DNA of 64,000 nucleotides. Source: an uncultured cyanobacterium. Its GTDB lineage: Bacteria > Cyanobacteriota > Cyanobacteriia > Cyanobacteriales > CAWCAG01. Position 1 is the stretch's first letter. Each line of letters starts with the position of its first letter. A model generated the notes under the pieces. It was not told the DNA's origin. It saw nothing but the letters and a program-made list of their open reading frames with translations, and did not search any database. Of the stretch, positions 1 through 9,855 are shown piece after piece. The DNA lies in the NCBI GenBank assembly GCA_963793425.1, contig CAWCAG010000007.1:320001-384000 (forward strand), given 5' to 3'. Both the position numbers and the translations under genes were made by a program.

Positions 1-591
1 ATCTTTCCTAGCTTGGGCGTAAATTTTTTCTCCTTTAGCCCAAATTGAGCGCCAGCGCTCAATTCTTTCTTGAACTATTTCATAAGCGCGGACTTTTTCA
101 GGGATTTTATTTGCAACAGCGATCGCACCTTTAAATTGACCAGCTTGAAACTTTTTCTCGCCTATTTTAAGAATTTCTAAAGCCCATTCCTCAATATTGC
201 TATCAATCTCTTTCCTCATAGGATGGTCATCCGGCAAGTCTGCCACTAATTCTATAGCTTCTAGATAATCATCCACCGTTTGTTTATTAACAGCTAACTG
301 GGCGCAATAAATACGTACAGAAGCTGATGCCATAGGCCAAAAAATAGCCGGACAGTTAGGAACAGCCGGTAACTTTAATAACAGGGCTGTAGCGATAAAG
401 CCAATACCCCCGGAAAAGATAATGGCTATGATTGACCAAAATTGCCAACTGGTAGGTAAGGAAAGATTAAAGGGGTTACGATTGGGGGTTTTAACAAGTT
501 GAGAAGAAGAGGAAAGAGCATTTACAGAAGGTTCTGGAGTCAAAGAGGACGGCTCTTCTACGCTATTTGATATATTTCTATTTCTGGCCAT
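1..591 (-). CDS. Conserved cyanobacterial membrane-anchored helical protein (often labelled 'chromosome segregation ATPase'); 3' end lies outside the window
   Basis: Manual translation from ATG at 591: MARNRNISNS...WQFWSIIAIIFSGGIGFIATALLLKLPAVPNCPAIFWPMASASVRIYCAQLA..., open to the window edge, with one TM segment. Confidence 0.75.
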   Translation of the reverse strand, partial: MARNRNISNSVEEPSSLTPEPSVNALSSSSQLVKTPNRNPFNLSLPTSWQFWSIIAIIFSGGIGFIATALLLKLPAVPNCPAIFWPMASASVRIYCAQLAVNKQTVDDYLEAIELVADLPDDHPMRKEIDSNIEEWALEILKIGEKKFQAGQFKGAIAVANKIPEKVRAYEIVQERIERWRSIWAKGEKIYAQARKD

Positions 592-659
592 GACTAAAAT
601 AAAACTCCTCTGTTACCTGCAATGTTTAGTGGCTAGGCTGCCTTGACTCCAAGAGATTT

Positions 660-1019
660 TCAGGAATTAGTTTGCCGTTTCTCAATAGAAGTTGTGATTA
701 GTTCCTTAACCTCAACTAAACTGCTTACTAAGTGGTCATAGTCCAACTCAGAAAGTAATTCCAATTCATAACAGAGTAAAAGATAATATTCTAGCTCTAG
801 AGAGGAATCTTTGGCGAGTTGCAATAACTCGATTTGGGCTGAGCGCTCTTCTCTATGACAGCTCTGGGCAATTTTGATGGGAATGCTAGAACAGGCTAGC
901 CTTAACTGCTGTGTAAGTCCCAGGAGTTCTTCTTCAGGGAAGTTTCTTGTCAACTGATAAATAGCTACTGTTAAATTATGAGCTTTTTCCCATTCTTCAA
1001 GTTCTTTGAATTCTGCCAT
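660..1019 (-). CDS. Four-helix-bundle protein (23S rRNA intervening-sequence protein family), divergent
   Basis: W.KAH.L...IY.LT..FP.EE..GLT.Q.R....SIP..IA pattern and ELEYYLLL. Confidence 0.8.
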   Translation of the reverse strand: MAEFKELEEWEKAHNLTVAIYQLTRNFPEEELLGLTQQLRLACSSIPIKIAQSCHREERSAQIELLQLAKDSSLELEYYLLLCYELELLSELDYDHLVSSLVEVKELITTSIEKRQTNS

Positions 1020-1048
1020 ACTTTTAATTAATTTGGTTGATTGTATAA

Positions 1049-1951
1049 TTAACTTTCTTCTCCGGCATGATAAGAACTACGTACCAAAGGTCCGGAACGA
1101 ACGTGAGAAAAACCCAAGGCGCGTGCGACAGCCCCTAATTGATCAAATTCATCAGGAGTCCAGTATTTTTGCACGGGAAGATGCTGTAGAGAAGGGCGCA
1201 GATATTGTCCAATGGTTAAGCGATCGCACTTTAGCCGGCGCAAATCTGCCATTGCTTGCAACACTTCTGCCTCTGTTTCCCCATGACCTAACATTAAGCC
1301 GGATTTGGTGGGGATATGGGGCGCTAGTTCTTTAACGAGGCGCAATACGGCTAGGGAGCGTTCATATTTAGCCCCCCTCCTTACCTTGTCTTGCAAACGC
1401 CGTACTGTTTCAATATTGTGGTTATAACAGGCAGGGTTAGCACCTACAACTTGGGCTACCCTTTTTCCTTGTTGCACCGCAGCATCTTTGCCGCTCCAAA
1501 AGTCAGGGGTCAGTACTTCAATTTGGGTTTGAGGATTAGTTTGCTTAATGGCTGCCATTGTTGCTGTAAAACAACTTGCTCCCCCATCAGCTAAATCATC
1601 CCTAGCCACAGAAGTAATAACTACATAACGTAAACCCAATAAACCAACAGCTTCAGCAACTTTTTGGGGTTCTTGGGGGTCTAAACTCTGGGGAGGACGA
1701 CCTTTATCTACCTGACAAAAACCACAGGCACGGGTACAAATAGAACCCATCAACAAAAAAGTTGCTGTCTTGCTGGCATAGCATTCACCCCTGTTCGGAC
1801 AGCGCCCTTCCTCGCAAATAGTGTGAATCTGCCTTTTTTTAATAATTTGCTGTACCGTGGAAATTTCAGTAGCCTTACCAAGAGGCCTTTTTAACCAAGG
1901 TGGAAGAGAAGAAAATTCTCTTTGTACCGAATTATCATGAGCAGACTGCAT
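1049..1951 (-). CDS. lipA: Lipoyl synthase
   Basis: [12 protein letters not shown], radical-[11 protein letters not shown] and C-terminal RSSYHA motifs. Confidence 0.97.
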   Translation of the reverse strand: MQSAHDNSVQREFSSLPPWLKRPLGKATEISTVQQIIKKRQIHTICEEGRCPNRGECYASKTATFLLMGSICTRACGFCQVDKGRPPQSLDPQEPQKVAEAVGLLGLRYVVITSVARDDLADGGASCFTATMAAIKQTNPQTQIEVLTPDFWSGKDAAVQQGKRVAQVVGANPACYNHNIETVRRLQDKVRRGAKYERSLAVLRLVKELAPHIPTKSGLMLGHGETEAEVLQAMADLRRLKCDRLTIGQYLRPSLQHLPVQKYWTPDEFDQLGAVARALGFSHVRSGPLVRSSYHAGEES

Positions 1952-2110
1952 AAAATCAGAAGAATATGGTCATGAAAATATAGTAAGCTGCTTCAAGTGT
2001 GATCGCCATAATGCAGTTTGTCTTAAATCGGATCTAGACTTACTCTTATAGAACTTGTGTTTAAAACAAATAGCTGTAGTATTTTTCCATCGCCTCTCAA
2101 GGAGTCAGTT

Positions 2111-2677
2111 GTGGCAAGTCAGAAAATCCTGGTTATTGATGACAGCCGGGTTATCAGGATGCGTGTTAAAGATATGTTGCCGTCGGGCAACATAGAAGTC
2201 CTCGAAGCTAAAGATGGCTTAGAAGGATTAAATTTAATTCGTTCTGAAAACCCCAACCTAATTATGTTAGATTTCCTTCTGCCAAAAATGAGTGGTTGGG
2301 ATGTCTATCAAGAAATTCAAAAACAACCTGAATTGCGGGTAATTCCCCTAGTTTTGATGTCAGGGCGTAAAGAAGAGGTGACGGAGAAACTTCCTGAGCC
2401 TTTTGAGTATTTCGCTTTCGTAGAAAAGCCTTTTGATAAGAAACTGTTGATGGCCGCCGTGCAAGATGCTATGCGTAAGGCTAAGTTACAGCCGCAACCG
2501 GCAGCATCCATTCAAGCATCTTCAGCCGCTACTCAAAGTGCTTCAGCCGATACCTCAGCCTTAGAAGCAGAAATTAAAGCCCTCAAAGGGCAAGTTAATA
2601 AAATGCAGGGTGAGATTGATGTCTTGAAAAAGCAACTAACCAAAGTGTTAACTTTTATTAAACAGAAATTGAAGTAA
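2111..2677 (+). CDS. Response regulator (receiver domain plus C-terminal coiled coil)
   Basis: KILVIDD...MLDFLLP...KPF receiver motifs; GTG at 2111 follows AAGGAG (the ORF track starts at 2057). Confidence 0.9.
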   Translation: MASQKILVIDDSRVIRMRVKDMLPSGNIEVLEAKDGLEGLNLIRSENPNLIMLDFLLPKMSGWDVYQEIQKQPELRVIPLVLMSGRKEEVTEKLPEPFEYFAFVEKPFDKKLLMAAVQDAMRKAKLQPQPAASIQASSAATQSASADTSALEAEIKALKGQVNKMQGEIDVLKKQLTKVLTFIKQKLK

Positions 2678-2693
2678 ACAAATTTGTGTTCGC

Positions 2694-2709
2694 TGTAACA
2701 TTGTTTACA
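2694..2709. promoter_or_regulatory. Putative NtcA box TGTA-N8-TACA, overlapping a hairpin plus T-run after the response regulator
   Basis: TGTAACATTGTTTACA, 57 nt upstream of the UrtA-like kinase start. Confidence 0.5.
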
Positions 2710-2766
2710 GATTTTTTTTCTTATTATGGAGTCCACTACTGACAGGTTTAATGGGGGTAGTTCCTG

Positions 2767-5541
2767 ATGAGTAGCAAACAATTGCTAGGTCAACAAGAAA
2801 GTGCTTCTGTTGTAAAAGTAGGAATTTTGCATTCCTTAACTGGCACAATGGCAATCAGCGAACCTTCCCTGGTAGATGCGGAACTGATGGCGATCGCGGA
2901 AATTAATCAAACTGGCGGCGTTCTCGGTAAGATTATTCAACCTGTGATTAGAGACGGAGCTTCAGATGCCAAAATGTTTGCTACTCAAGGGCAAAAGCTA
3001 ATTGAGCAAGAGGAAGTCGCAACGATCTTCGGCTGTTGGACTTCTGCTTCTCGCAAAGCTGTCTTGCCAGTAGTAGAAAAGTTCAACAAGCTGTTGTGGT
3101 ATCCTCTCCAGTATGAAGGCTTAGAATGCTCTCCCCAAATTGTTTACAACGGTAGTTGCCCCAATCAACAAATAGAACCAGCAGTAAGTTGGTTGTTAGC
3201 GAATCAAGGCAAGAGATTTTACCTCCTTGGTTCAGATTATGTGTTTCCTCGTACCGTTCATAAGGTTATCCAAGCTCAGCTTAAACGTGAGGGGGGTCAA
3301 TGTATCGCCCAAAAATTACTCCCTTTAGGTAGTAGAGATTTTCCAGATATTATTCAAGAAATTAAACAAACTCAACCAGATGTTGTTTTTAGCACCCTCA
3401 ATGGTGATAGCAACCTAGCTTTCTATCAGCAGTATCGAGAAGCAGGGATTAAGGCTCAAGACATTCCGATTATGGCAGTTAGCATTGCTGAAGAAGAATT
3501 GAGGCGTATTGGTGGAGAAGTAGCGGTAGGGCATTATGGGGCTTGGAGTTATTTTCAAAGTATTGATACCAAAGCAAATCAAACCTTTGTAAACAATTAC
3601 CAAAGGCGGTACGGCGCAGAAAGGGTAACTAGCGATCCGATTGAGGCAGCTTACGCTCAAATTTACTTGTGGAAATTAGCCGTCGAGAAAGCCCAATCTT
3701 TCGCTACCGAGCAGGTGCGATCAGCTTTCGGTGGTATTGGTTTTAAGGCTCCAGGGGGCTGGATTAGTATTGAAAGCAATCAACATTTAACCAAACCCTG
3801 TCGTATTGGTAAGATTTTACCAACAGGTCAATTTGAAGTGGTTTATGATAGTGAACTGATTAAACCTAAACCCTGGCTAGGGGTGGAGGATATCGATAAT
3901 GACCGGCAAGCAGTCATTATTGACTTATTAGCAGAAGTTTCTCCGAGCATTGAGTATAGTTGTCAACTAGAAGAAAATTCCCGCGCTAGGGAGGCATTGA
4001 TGGCGGAATTAATTGATTCCAATCAGCAGTTACGAACTACCCAAAAACAGCTTTTAGCCTCAGAAGCTCAATCTCAAGAATTGCGTAAGAGAGAAGAATT
4101 ACTCAAGCATCGCTTATCTAGTCAAATTCGCAACTCTTTGGAGTTAGATAAAATTTTAACCATCGCTGTAGAAGAAGTTCGTAATCTTCTTGATATTGAC
4201 TGTTGTGAGTTCTTTTTCTTAGATAAAAGATTGGGTCAAAAAAATTACCTAGCTTGTGAAATTTCTTTGGCAAATGATTTAGCTCAGCAGGATAATGATT
4301 TAGTATTTGAGGTGGTAAAAAAATTACTTACAAATACTGAGCTACTGAAAATTGATTATATTTCTCAAAGTGAGTATTTGGAGTTAAAGCAATCAGGCTT
4401 AAAGTCTTTATTAGCTATTGCTGTAGGTATTTATAGTAAAAAGAACTTTGTCCCCAAAAAGGGCATTATTATTTGTCAGCAATATGGCAGAAGCAAAACT
4501 TGGGCAGATCAAGATATAGAACTATTACGAATGGTGGTTGAGCAATTAGCGATCGCCATTGAACAAGCTACCCTTTATGAACAAAGTCTTCAAGCCGCAG
4601 CCCATGCCCAAGCTCAAGCTCAGCAGTTAGAAAAAGCCCTCACAGAGCTTAAAGAAACTCAAGCTCAACTGATCCAAACAGAAAAAATGTCTACTTTGGG
4701 GGAATTAGTAGCAGGTATTGCCCACGAAATTAATAATCCTGTTAGCTTCATTTGCGGCAACCTTGATTATGCCAAAGAATATGTAGCAGATTTGCTCAAA
4801 ATCATTGAACTATACCAAAAACATCTAAGGGAACCGAACCAAGAAATTCACGATTATGCTGAAGAAATTGAACTAGAATTTCTTACAGAAGACTTACCTA
4901 AAACCATTAGTTCTATGGAGTTAGGGGCAGAGAGAATTAGGAAATTAGTTTTATCTTTACGTAACTTCTCCCACTCCAACCAATCCCATCTTCAAAGAAT
5001 AGATATCCATGATGGTTTAGATAGTACTTTAGTTATTTTAGGCAATAGAATCAAATCCCAAGGCTCCCGTCCCCAAATCGAAATAATTAAAGAATACGGA
5101 GATATTCCCTTAGTAGGATGTTATCCTAGCGAGATTAACCAAGTATTTATGAACCTACTGGGCAATGCTATTGATGCAGTTGAAGAGTCTTGGCAAAAAG
5201 GAGAGATTTCGCCCCCAGAGCGTTTAACCCTCAAGATACATACGGAATTAGCAGAGCCAAATACCGTAATTATCAAGATTGCTGACAATGGTTTTGGTAT
5301 TCCTCCTGATACTCAAAACCATTTATTTGATCCTTTTTTCACCACTAAACCTATGGGAAAAGGAACTGGCTTAGGACTATCTATCAGTTACAGTATTGTG
5401 GTAGATAAACATGGAGGGAAACTAGAATGCCATTCAACTCCAGGAGAAGGAACTGAATTCCTTATTGAACTGTCAGTAACTCCACAATCAACTAAAATCA
5501 AAGATTCTTCTCAATCTCCTGCGATCGCCATTGATACTTAA
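2767..5541 (+). CDS. UrtA/AmiC-like urea/amide-binding domain fused to GAF and histidine kinase
   Basis: KVGILHSLTGTMAISE, FGCWTSASRKAV and YPLQYEGLE (UrtA); IRNSLELDKIL...QLAIAIEQA (GAF); AHEINNP H-box, NLLGNA, DNGFGI, PFFTTK, GTGLGL. Confidence 0.92.
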   Translation: MSSKQLLGQQESASVVKVGILHSLTGTMAISEPSLVDAELMAIAEINQTGGVLGKIIQPVIRDGASDAKMFATQGQKLIEQEEVATIFGCWTSASRKAVLPVVEKFNKLLWYPLQYEGLECSPQIVYNGSCPNQQIEPAVSWLLANQGKRFYLLGSDYVFPRTVHKVIQAQLKREGGQCIAQKLLPLGSRDFPDIIQEIKQTQPDVVFSTLNGDSNLAFYQQYREAGIKAQDIPIMAVSIAEEELRRIGGEVAVGHYGAWSYFQSIDTKANQTFVNNYQRRYGAERVTSDPIEAAYAQIYLWKLAVEKAQSFATEQVRSAFGGIGFKAPGGWISIESNQHLTKPCRIGKILPTGQFEVVYDSELIKPKPWLGVEDIDNDRQAVIIDLLAEVSPSIEYSCQLEENSRAREALMAELIDSNQQLRTTQKQLLASEAQSQELRKREELLKHRLSSQIRNSLELDKILTIAVEEVRNLLDIDCCEFFFLDKRLGQKNYLACEISLANDLAQQDNDLVFEVVKKLLTNTELLKIDYISQSEYLELKQSGLKSLLAIAVGIYSKKNFVPKKGIIICQQYGRSKTWADQDIELLRMVVEQLAIAIEQATLYEQSLQAAAHAQAQAQQLEKALTELKETQAQLIQTEKMSTLGELVAGIAHEINNPVSFICGNLDYAKEYVADLLKIIELYQKHLREPNQEIHDYAEEIELEFLTEDLPKTISSMELGAERIRKLVLSLRNFSHSNQSHLQRIDIHDGLDSTLVILGNRIKSQGSRPQIEIIKEYGDIPLVGCYPSEINQVFMNLLGNAIDAVEESWQKGEISPPERLTLKIHTELAEPNTVIIKIADNGFGIPPDTQNHLFDPFFTTKPMGKGTGLGLSISYSIVVDKHGGKLECHSTPGEGTEFLIELSVTPQSTKIKDSSQSPAIAIDT

Positions 5542-6029
5542 TCAGAAGCACGGCTTTTTTTACGTTGAGATTCTTTACTAAAACCTGGCAAATCTTTAGC
5601 ATGGGGAGTTTGATAACAAACTAGCAATAATGCCCCCATAACCAACAGGAAAGCACAAACTGCTAAAATCTGTTCCCAATGAATTTTTAATACTCCCTCA
5701 ACAATAATTTCTCGCAAAGCAGAAACAATAGCAACCTCCACAGCTACTTCTACTGAGATGCGATGTTCTTGTAAATAAACTACCAGTAACCTAAATAGCT
5801 CAACTAAAATCAATAAAAAAAGAATATCTGAGGTAACAGCTTCAAATGCTAGAGGAGGAGAAAGCAAAGAGCGAAATACTTCCGTAAGTAGAATTAACAT
5901 TGCTCCTAGTAGCCACACTCCTAGAGAAATGACAATAAAGTCTTGAACAATCTCTAAGTTACGAATAATTCTGCGTCGATGAAACAACCACCGATACCAA
6001 GTGTTAATTTTCTTATTACTTAAAGGCAT
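5538..6029 (-). CDS. PsiE-family phosphate-starvation-inducible membrane protein
   Basis: Four TM helices; ILFLLILVELFRLL and EVAIVSALREII motifs. Confidence 0.8.
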   Translation of the reverse strand: MPLSNKKINTWYRWLFHRRRIIRNLEIVQDFIVISLGVWLLGAMLILLTEVFRSLLSPPLAFEAVTSDILFLLILVELFRLLVVYLQEHRISVEVAVEVAIVSALREIIVEGVLKIHWEQILAVCAFLLVMGALLLVCYQTPHAKDLPGFSKESQRKKSRASD

Positions 6030-6204
6030 TTGATTTAACTAAGTTAGAGTTATCTGTTCCAGTTTATTATTAGTTAATGTACAAAATATTTTTTGAGGCA
6101 GAGTACATTTTCCTAATTCTCAAGACATAGTTGAAAACCAGATGTCGGTCAATTTTGGTAATAAAATTAATAAAAATTATTTTACTGTTTATTCAAAAAT
6201 CAAC

Positions 6205-6399
6205 ATGGATATGCAATTAGGCTTTATTATTAAACTCTTCTCCATTTCTACTTTATTTTCTTTATTCATCAAGTATGGTGCTCCATTTTTGGCAACCACG
6301 CCCACCACAAGCAATGCCTTAGTAGCTATATCTTTACCTTCTCTACTAATAGGATTGTTCCTAACTTTACGAAACCTGAAAACCTCGAAAGAAGATTAG
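6205..6399 (+). CDS. Small two-TM hypothetical protein
   Basis: KLFSISTLFSLFIKYGAP...NALVAISLPSLL; the ATG at 6205 is more likely than 6142. Confidence 0.65.
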   Translation: MDMQLGFIIKLFSISTLFSLFIKYGAPFLATTPTTSNALVAISLPSLLIGLFLTLRNLKTSKED

Positions 6400-6447
6400 C
6401 AAAATAATTATCTTGAATCAATAAAAAGTGAGGAGAATATTTAATTT

Positions 6448-7593
6448 ATGACTTTAGGTAAATGGATTGGCTTTTTTACCTTTGTTGTTTCTTTATATGT
6501 TATCTGGCAAATCAAGCAAATAATCTTACTGTTATTAACAGCAGTAGTTTTAGCTAATGCCTTAAATATATTAGTAAAAAAGTTTCAGAAATTACGTATC
6601 AAGCGTGGTTATGCGGTGCTGCTTACGGTTATTGTTTCTTTAATAACCATCATCGGCTTTTTCTGGTTAATTGTTCCTCCTTTTGTCAATCAATTTCAGC
6701 AACTAGCTGAATTAGTGCCTCAAGGTATAGAGCAACTTAACACCTGGGTTAATAAACTAGAAAACCGAATCGATCCGGCTGTAATTGAGTCTTTACCCAA
6801 AGTAGATAGATTATTCGATCAACTACAACCATTGGCAAATAGGTTGTTAGGAGGTGGCTGGACTGTTTTCTCTAGCTCTTTGAGTGTATTGCTTAACATT
6901 CTACTGGTGCTAGTGATTACTTTAATGCTGCTAGTCAATCCTGGCCCCTATCGTCAAGGATTTATTCGCTTATTTCCTTCTTTTTATCGGCGAAGAGTTG
7001 ACAAAATTCTGTTGCTTTGTGAAGAAGATTTACAAGGCTGGTTAGTAGGCATCTTATTCAATATGGCAGTAATTTCTGTCATGAGCTTCATTGCTCTTTT
7101 GATTTTAAAGATTCCTCTCGCTCTATCCCAGGCAACCTTAGCAGGTTTGTTGACCTTTATTCCTAACATCGGACCAGCTTTAAGTGTCATTCCTCCTGTG
7201 GCCCTTTCTTTGTTAGAAGAGCCTTGGAAAGCAATTGCTGTTTTAGGGGTTTATGTCTTGATTCAGCAAATTGAAAGTAACTTATTAACTCCCCTAGTAA
7301 TGGCACAACAGGTATCTTTACTACCAGCCTTTACATTATTTGCCCAAGTCTTTTTTGCCAGCTTCTTCGGCTTCTTGGGGCTATTTCTGGCCCTGCCCTT
7401 AACCGTAATTGCTCAAGTCTGGATCAAAGAAATGCTACTCAAGGATATTTTGGACACATGGGAACGTAAAGAAGGGCAAGAATTTCAATTAGTTCCTGTT
7501 ACTGTCCCTGCCACTTCTATACCTGTAGATAGGTTGTCGGAAGAGAAAGTTGGGGAGGTAGACGATATAGGAGAAATAGGGGAAGAGGAATAA
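6448..7593 (+). CDS. AI-2E family transporter
   Basis: Multi-TM; FIPNIGP and QQIESNLLTP motifs. Confidence 0.92.
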   Translation: MTLGKWIGFFTFVVSLYVIWQIKQIILLLLTAVVLANALNILVKKFQKLRIKRGYAVLLTVIVSLITIIGFFWLIVPPFVNQFQQLAELVPQGIEQLNTWVNKLENRIDPAVIESLPKVDRLFDQLQPLANRLLGGGWTVFSSSLSVLLNILLVLVITLMLLVNPGPYRQGFIRLFPSFYRRRVDKILLLCEEDLQGWLVGILFNMAVISVMSFIALLILKIPLALSQATLAGLLTFIPNIGPALSVIPPVALSLLEEPWKAIAVLGVYVLIQQIESNLLTPLVMAQQVSLLPAFTLFAQVFFASFFGFLGLFLALPLTVIAQVWIKEMLLKDILDTWERKEGQEFQLVPVTVPATSIPVDRLSEEKVGEVDDIGEIGEEE

Positions 7594-7625
7594 TATTACT
7601 TATTACTTATCCTACTCTCCCCATT

Positions 7626-8837
7626 ATGCGAACAATAGCAGAAATCAACGACAAAATTAGCCGTTCCTGTGCAGTTGTTTTAACTGTTGAAGAACTTAAA
7701 ACTAGGGTTGCAGAAGTGGGAATAACTCAGACGGCCAAAGAAGTAGATGTGGTTACAACCGGAACTTTTGAACCAATGGAATCTTCTGGGGCCGTTATCA
7801 ATCTAGGCCATACAGATCCCCCGATCAAAATTCGCCAGTGTTGGTTAGATGGTGTTCCTGCTTATGCTGGGCTTGGGGCAGTGGATCTCTACCTTGGGGC
7901 CGCAGCTATGGCTGACTATGGGATGACAGGGGAAGCTAATGATTTAGATAACCGTTTAGGAACATCTCAAGAGCGAGGAGGGGGCCATGTTATTGAGGAT
8001 CTTATTGCTGGTAAAGCCGTAAATTTGAAAGCCGTGGGGCAAGTTACAGATTGTTATCCCAAAGCTTCTTTAGAAACGACGATCACTCGTGATCGCATTA
8101 ATCAATTTTACCTTTTTAACCCCCGCAACCTCTATCAAAATTTCATTGTTGGGGTTAACGGAGGAGAGCAACCTCTATTTACCTATCTCGGTCCTTTACA
8201 ACCCCGACTTGGCAATGCTGTCTACTCTAGTCCTGGAGCCATTTCTCCTTTACTGAATGACCCCGACTTACAATTAATTGGTTTGGGCAGCAAAATTTTT
8301 TTAGGGGGAGCCATTGGTTATATTACCTGGGAAGGTACACAACATTTCCCTTTACAAAAACGTTTACCCAATCGTACCCCCATCGGTCCAGCTGCAACTT
8401 TAGCTCTCATTGGAGATGCTAAACAAATGAATCCTCGTTGGGTGAGGGGTTGTTATTTTAAAAAATATGGTTCTTCTCTGATGTTAGGAGTCGGTGTACC
8501 TCTGCCAGTTTTAGATGAAGAAGTTGTAGTTCGTTGTGCGGTTAAAGACGAAGAAATTGTGGCTCCGGTGGTGGATTTCTCTATTCCTCGGAGAGTTCGC
8601 CCGACCTTTGGTTTAGTGACTTACGCTCAATTAAAAGCAGGAGTTATCACTATAGAAGGGGAAAGAGTGAGGGTGGCTCCTTTGGCCAGTATTTCTTTAT
8701 CTCGGAAAGTGGCTCAAGAATTAAAACAATGGATTAATACAGGTCAGTTTACTTTAAGCGAACCTGTCGCTCCCCTTCCACAAGAAAGCTCTTTTTTACC
8801 CCAAGAGAGTTGGGGATCAGAAATTAGTTTGGACTAA
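7626..8837 (+). CDS. DUF39 homocysteine-biosynthesis protein (aspartate-semialdehyde sulfurtransferase family)
   Basis: RTIAEIN.KI, VDVVTTGTF.PM.SSG, GGGHVIEDL, NPRN.YQN and GTQH motifs; no CBS tail. Confidence 0.88.
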   Translation: MRTIAEINDKISRSCAVVLTVEELKTRVAEVGITQTAKEVDVVTTGTFEPMESSGAVINLGHTDPPIKIRQCWLDGVPAYAGLGAVDLYLGAAAMADYGMTGEANDLDNRLGTSQERGGGHVIEDLIAGKAVNLKAVGQVTDCYPKASLETTITRDRINQFYLFNPRNLYQNFIVGVNGGEQPLFTYLGPLQPRLGNAVYSSPGAISPLLNDPDLQLIGLGSKIFLGGAIGYITWEGTQHFPLQKRLPNRTPIGPAATLALIGDAKQMNPRWVRGCYFKKYGSSLMLGVGVPLPVLDEEVVVRCAVKDEEIVAPVVDFSIPRRVRPTFGLVTYAQLKAGVITIEGERVRVAPLASISLSRKVAQELKQWINTGQFTLSEPVAPLPQESSFLPQESWGSEISLD

Positions 8838-8874
8838 AGCAGCAAAGCTGTAATCCAAACTAAACTAATTCTAG

Positions 8875-9855
8875 TTACTTTTCTTGACGCTTAGTCGGTT
8901 TAGGAATAGGTTTACCAGTGGATGACGAGGGCTTATCTTTCTTGGGGCGAGGACGATTGCCGGAAAAAGATTTGCGTCCCTTTTGAGGGCGGCGACGGTT
9001 GTTTCCAGAGCCTTTTTTGCCTTTTCTTTTTTTGATAGGCATAACTCCAACATCCGTAGCTTCTTGAATGGCAAGCTTGTTACCTTGTAGTTGTACCTCA
9101 AAGTCCCAAAAATGCCCTACGGCGCGATCGCTGTGGAGATCACCACTAAGTTCTAATTTAAAAAACTTGGTGCTTTCCGACTCTCGACGGGGAGCTTGTT
9201 GAATTTTGACAATAACTTTTTCTTCTTCTTGAGAGTAATAAATTACCTCCCCACGAATAGAAAAGAAACCATCTTTAACATCATCCTCAGAAGTTGTTTC
9301 CTCTACCTTTGTTTCTTTGGTTGAGTCAACATCATCTGCATCATCAGTTTCTGCCTGACTTAGAGTTTCTGGCTCCCAAACACCAACAATCTGTACATGT
9401 AAGTCACCCTCATTTTGTCTGGTTCGAGGATAAACAACCCAAAGATGGGATTCCTCCAAACTCAGATGGTTTTTGACCAAACTAATAACGCGGCCGAGCA
9501 AAACAGAATCTAGAGGATTCTCTTCTGAGGTAAAGAGGTTGCCTCTTGTTAGCTGCTCTTCGGAAGGTTGATATTTACCTCGAACCAAACCAATAGCCCG
9601 GTACTGCCTAGGCTCGCTAGGTGGGGGAATTGGATGCTGTCGAGATGGGGGAGCCGAATTGAGCTTAGTTGTATCATCAGAAGCTGATTCGTCTGGCTTG
9701 CCAGAAGTGTTAGTTTCTGTAGTCGGAGTTTTGGTTTCTGTAATTTGAGTTTTAGTTTCTGTAATTTTGGTTGATTCTGACGAGTCAGATGGAACTGGCG
9801 ATGGTTCGCCCGAAGGTTGATTTGCTTGCTGAAAACCGTTTCCAGAGGGGTTCAT
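8875..9855 (-). CDS. Conserved cyanobacterial hypothetical protein with a low-complexity N-terminus and basic C-terminus
   Basis: HPIPPPSEPRQYRAIGLVRGKY, LWVVYPRT and IVGVWEPETL blocks; ATG at 9855 is preceded by AAGGA. Confidence 0.8.
   Translation of the reverse strand: MNPSGNGFQQANQPSGEPSPVPSDSSESTKITETKTQITETKTPTTETNTSGKPDESASDDTTKLNSAPPSRQHPIPPPSEPRQYRAIGLVRGKYQPSEEQLTRGNLFTSEENPLDSVLLGRVISLVKNHLSLEESHLWVVYPRTRQNEGDLHVQIVGVWEPETLSQAETDDADDVDSTKETKVEETTSEDDVKDGFFSIRGEVIYYSQEEEKVIVKIQQAPRRESESTKFFKLELSGDLHSDRAVGHFWDFEVQLQGNKLAIQEATDVGVMPIKKRKGKKGSGNNRRRPQKGRKSFSGNRPRPKKDKPSSSTGKPIPKPTKRQEK
9710..9772 (-). repeat. In-frame imperfect 21-nt tandem repeat (about 3 copies)
   Basis: Encodes TKITET/KTQITET/KTPTTET; the DNA core GTTTCTGTA recurs every 21 nt. 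Confidence 0.7.

Noticed and set aside
660..1019. Diversity-generating retroelement suggested by the Avd-like four-helix bundle
   Set aside because: No reverse transcriptase and no template/variable repeat pair seen in the window.
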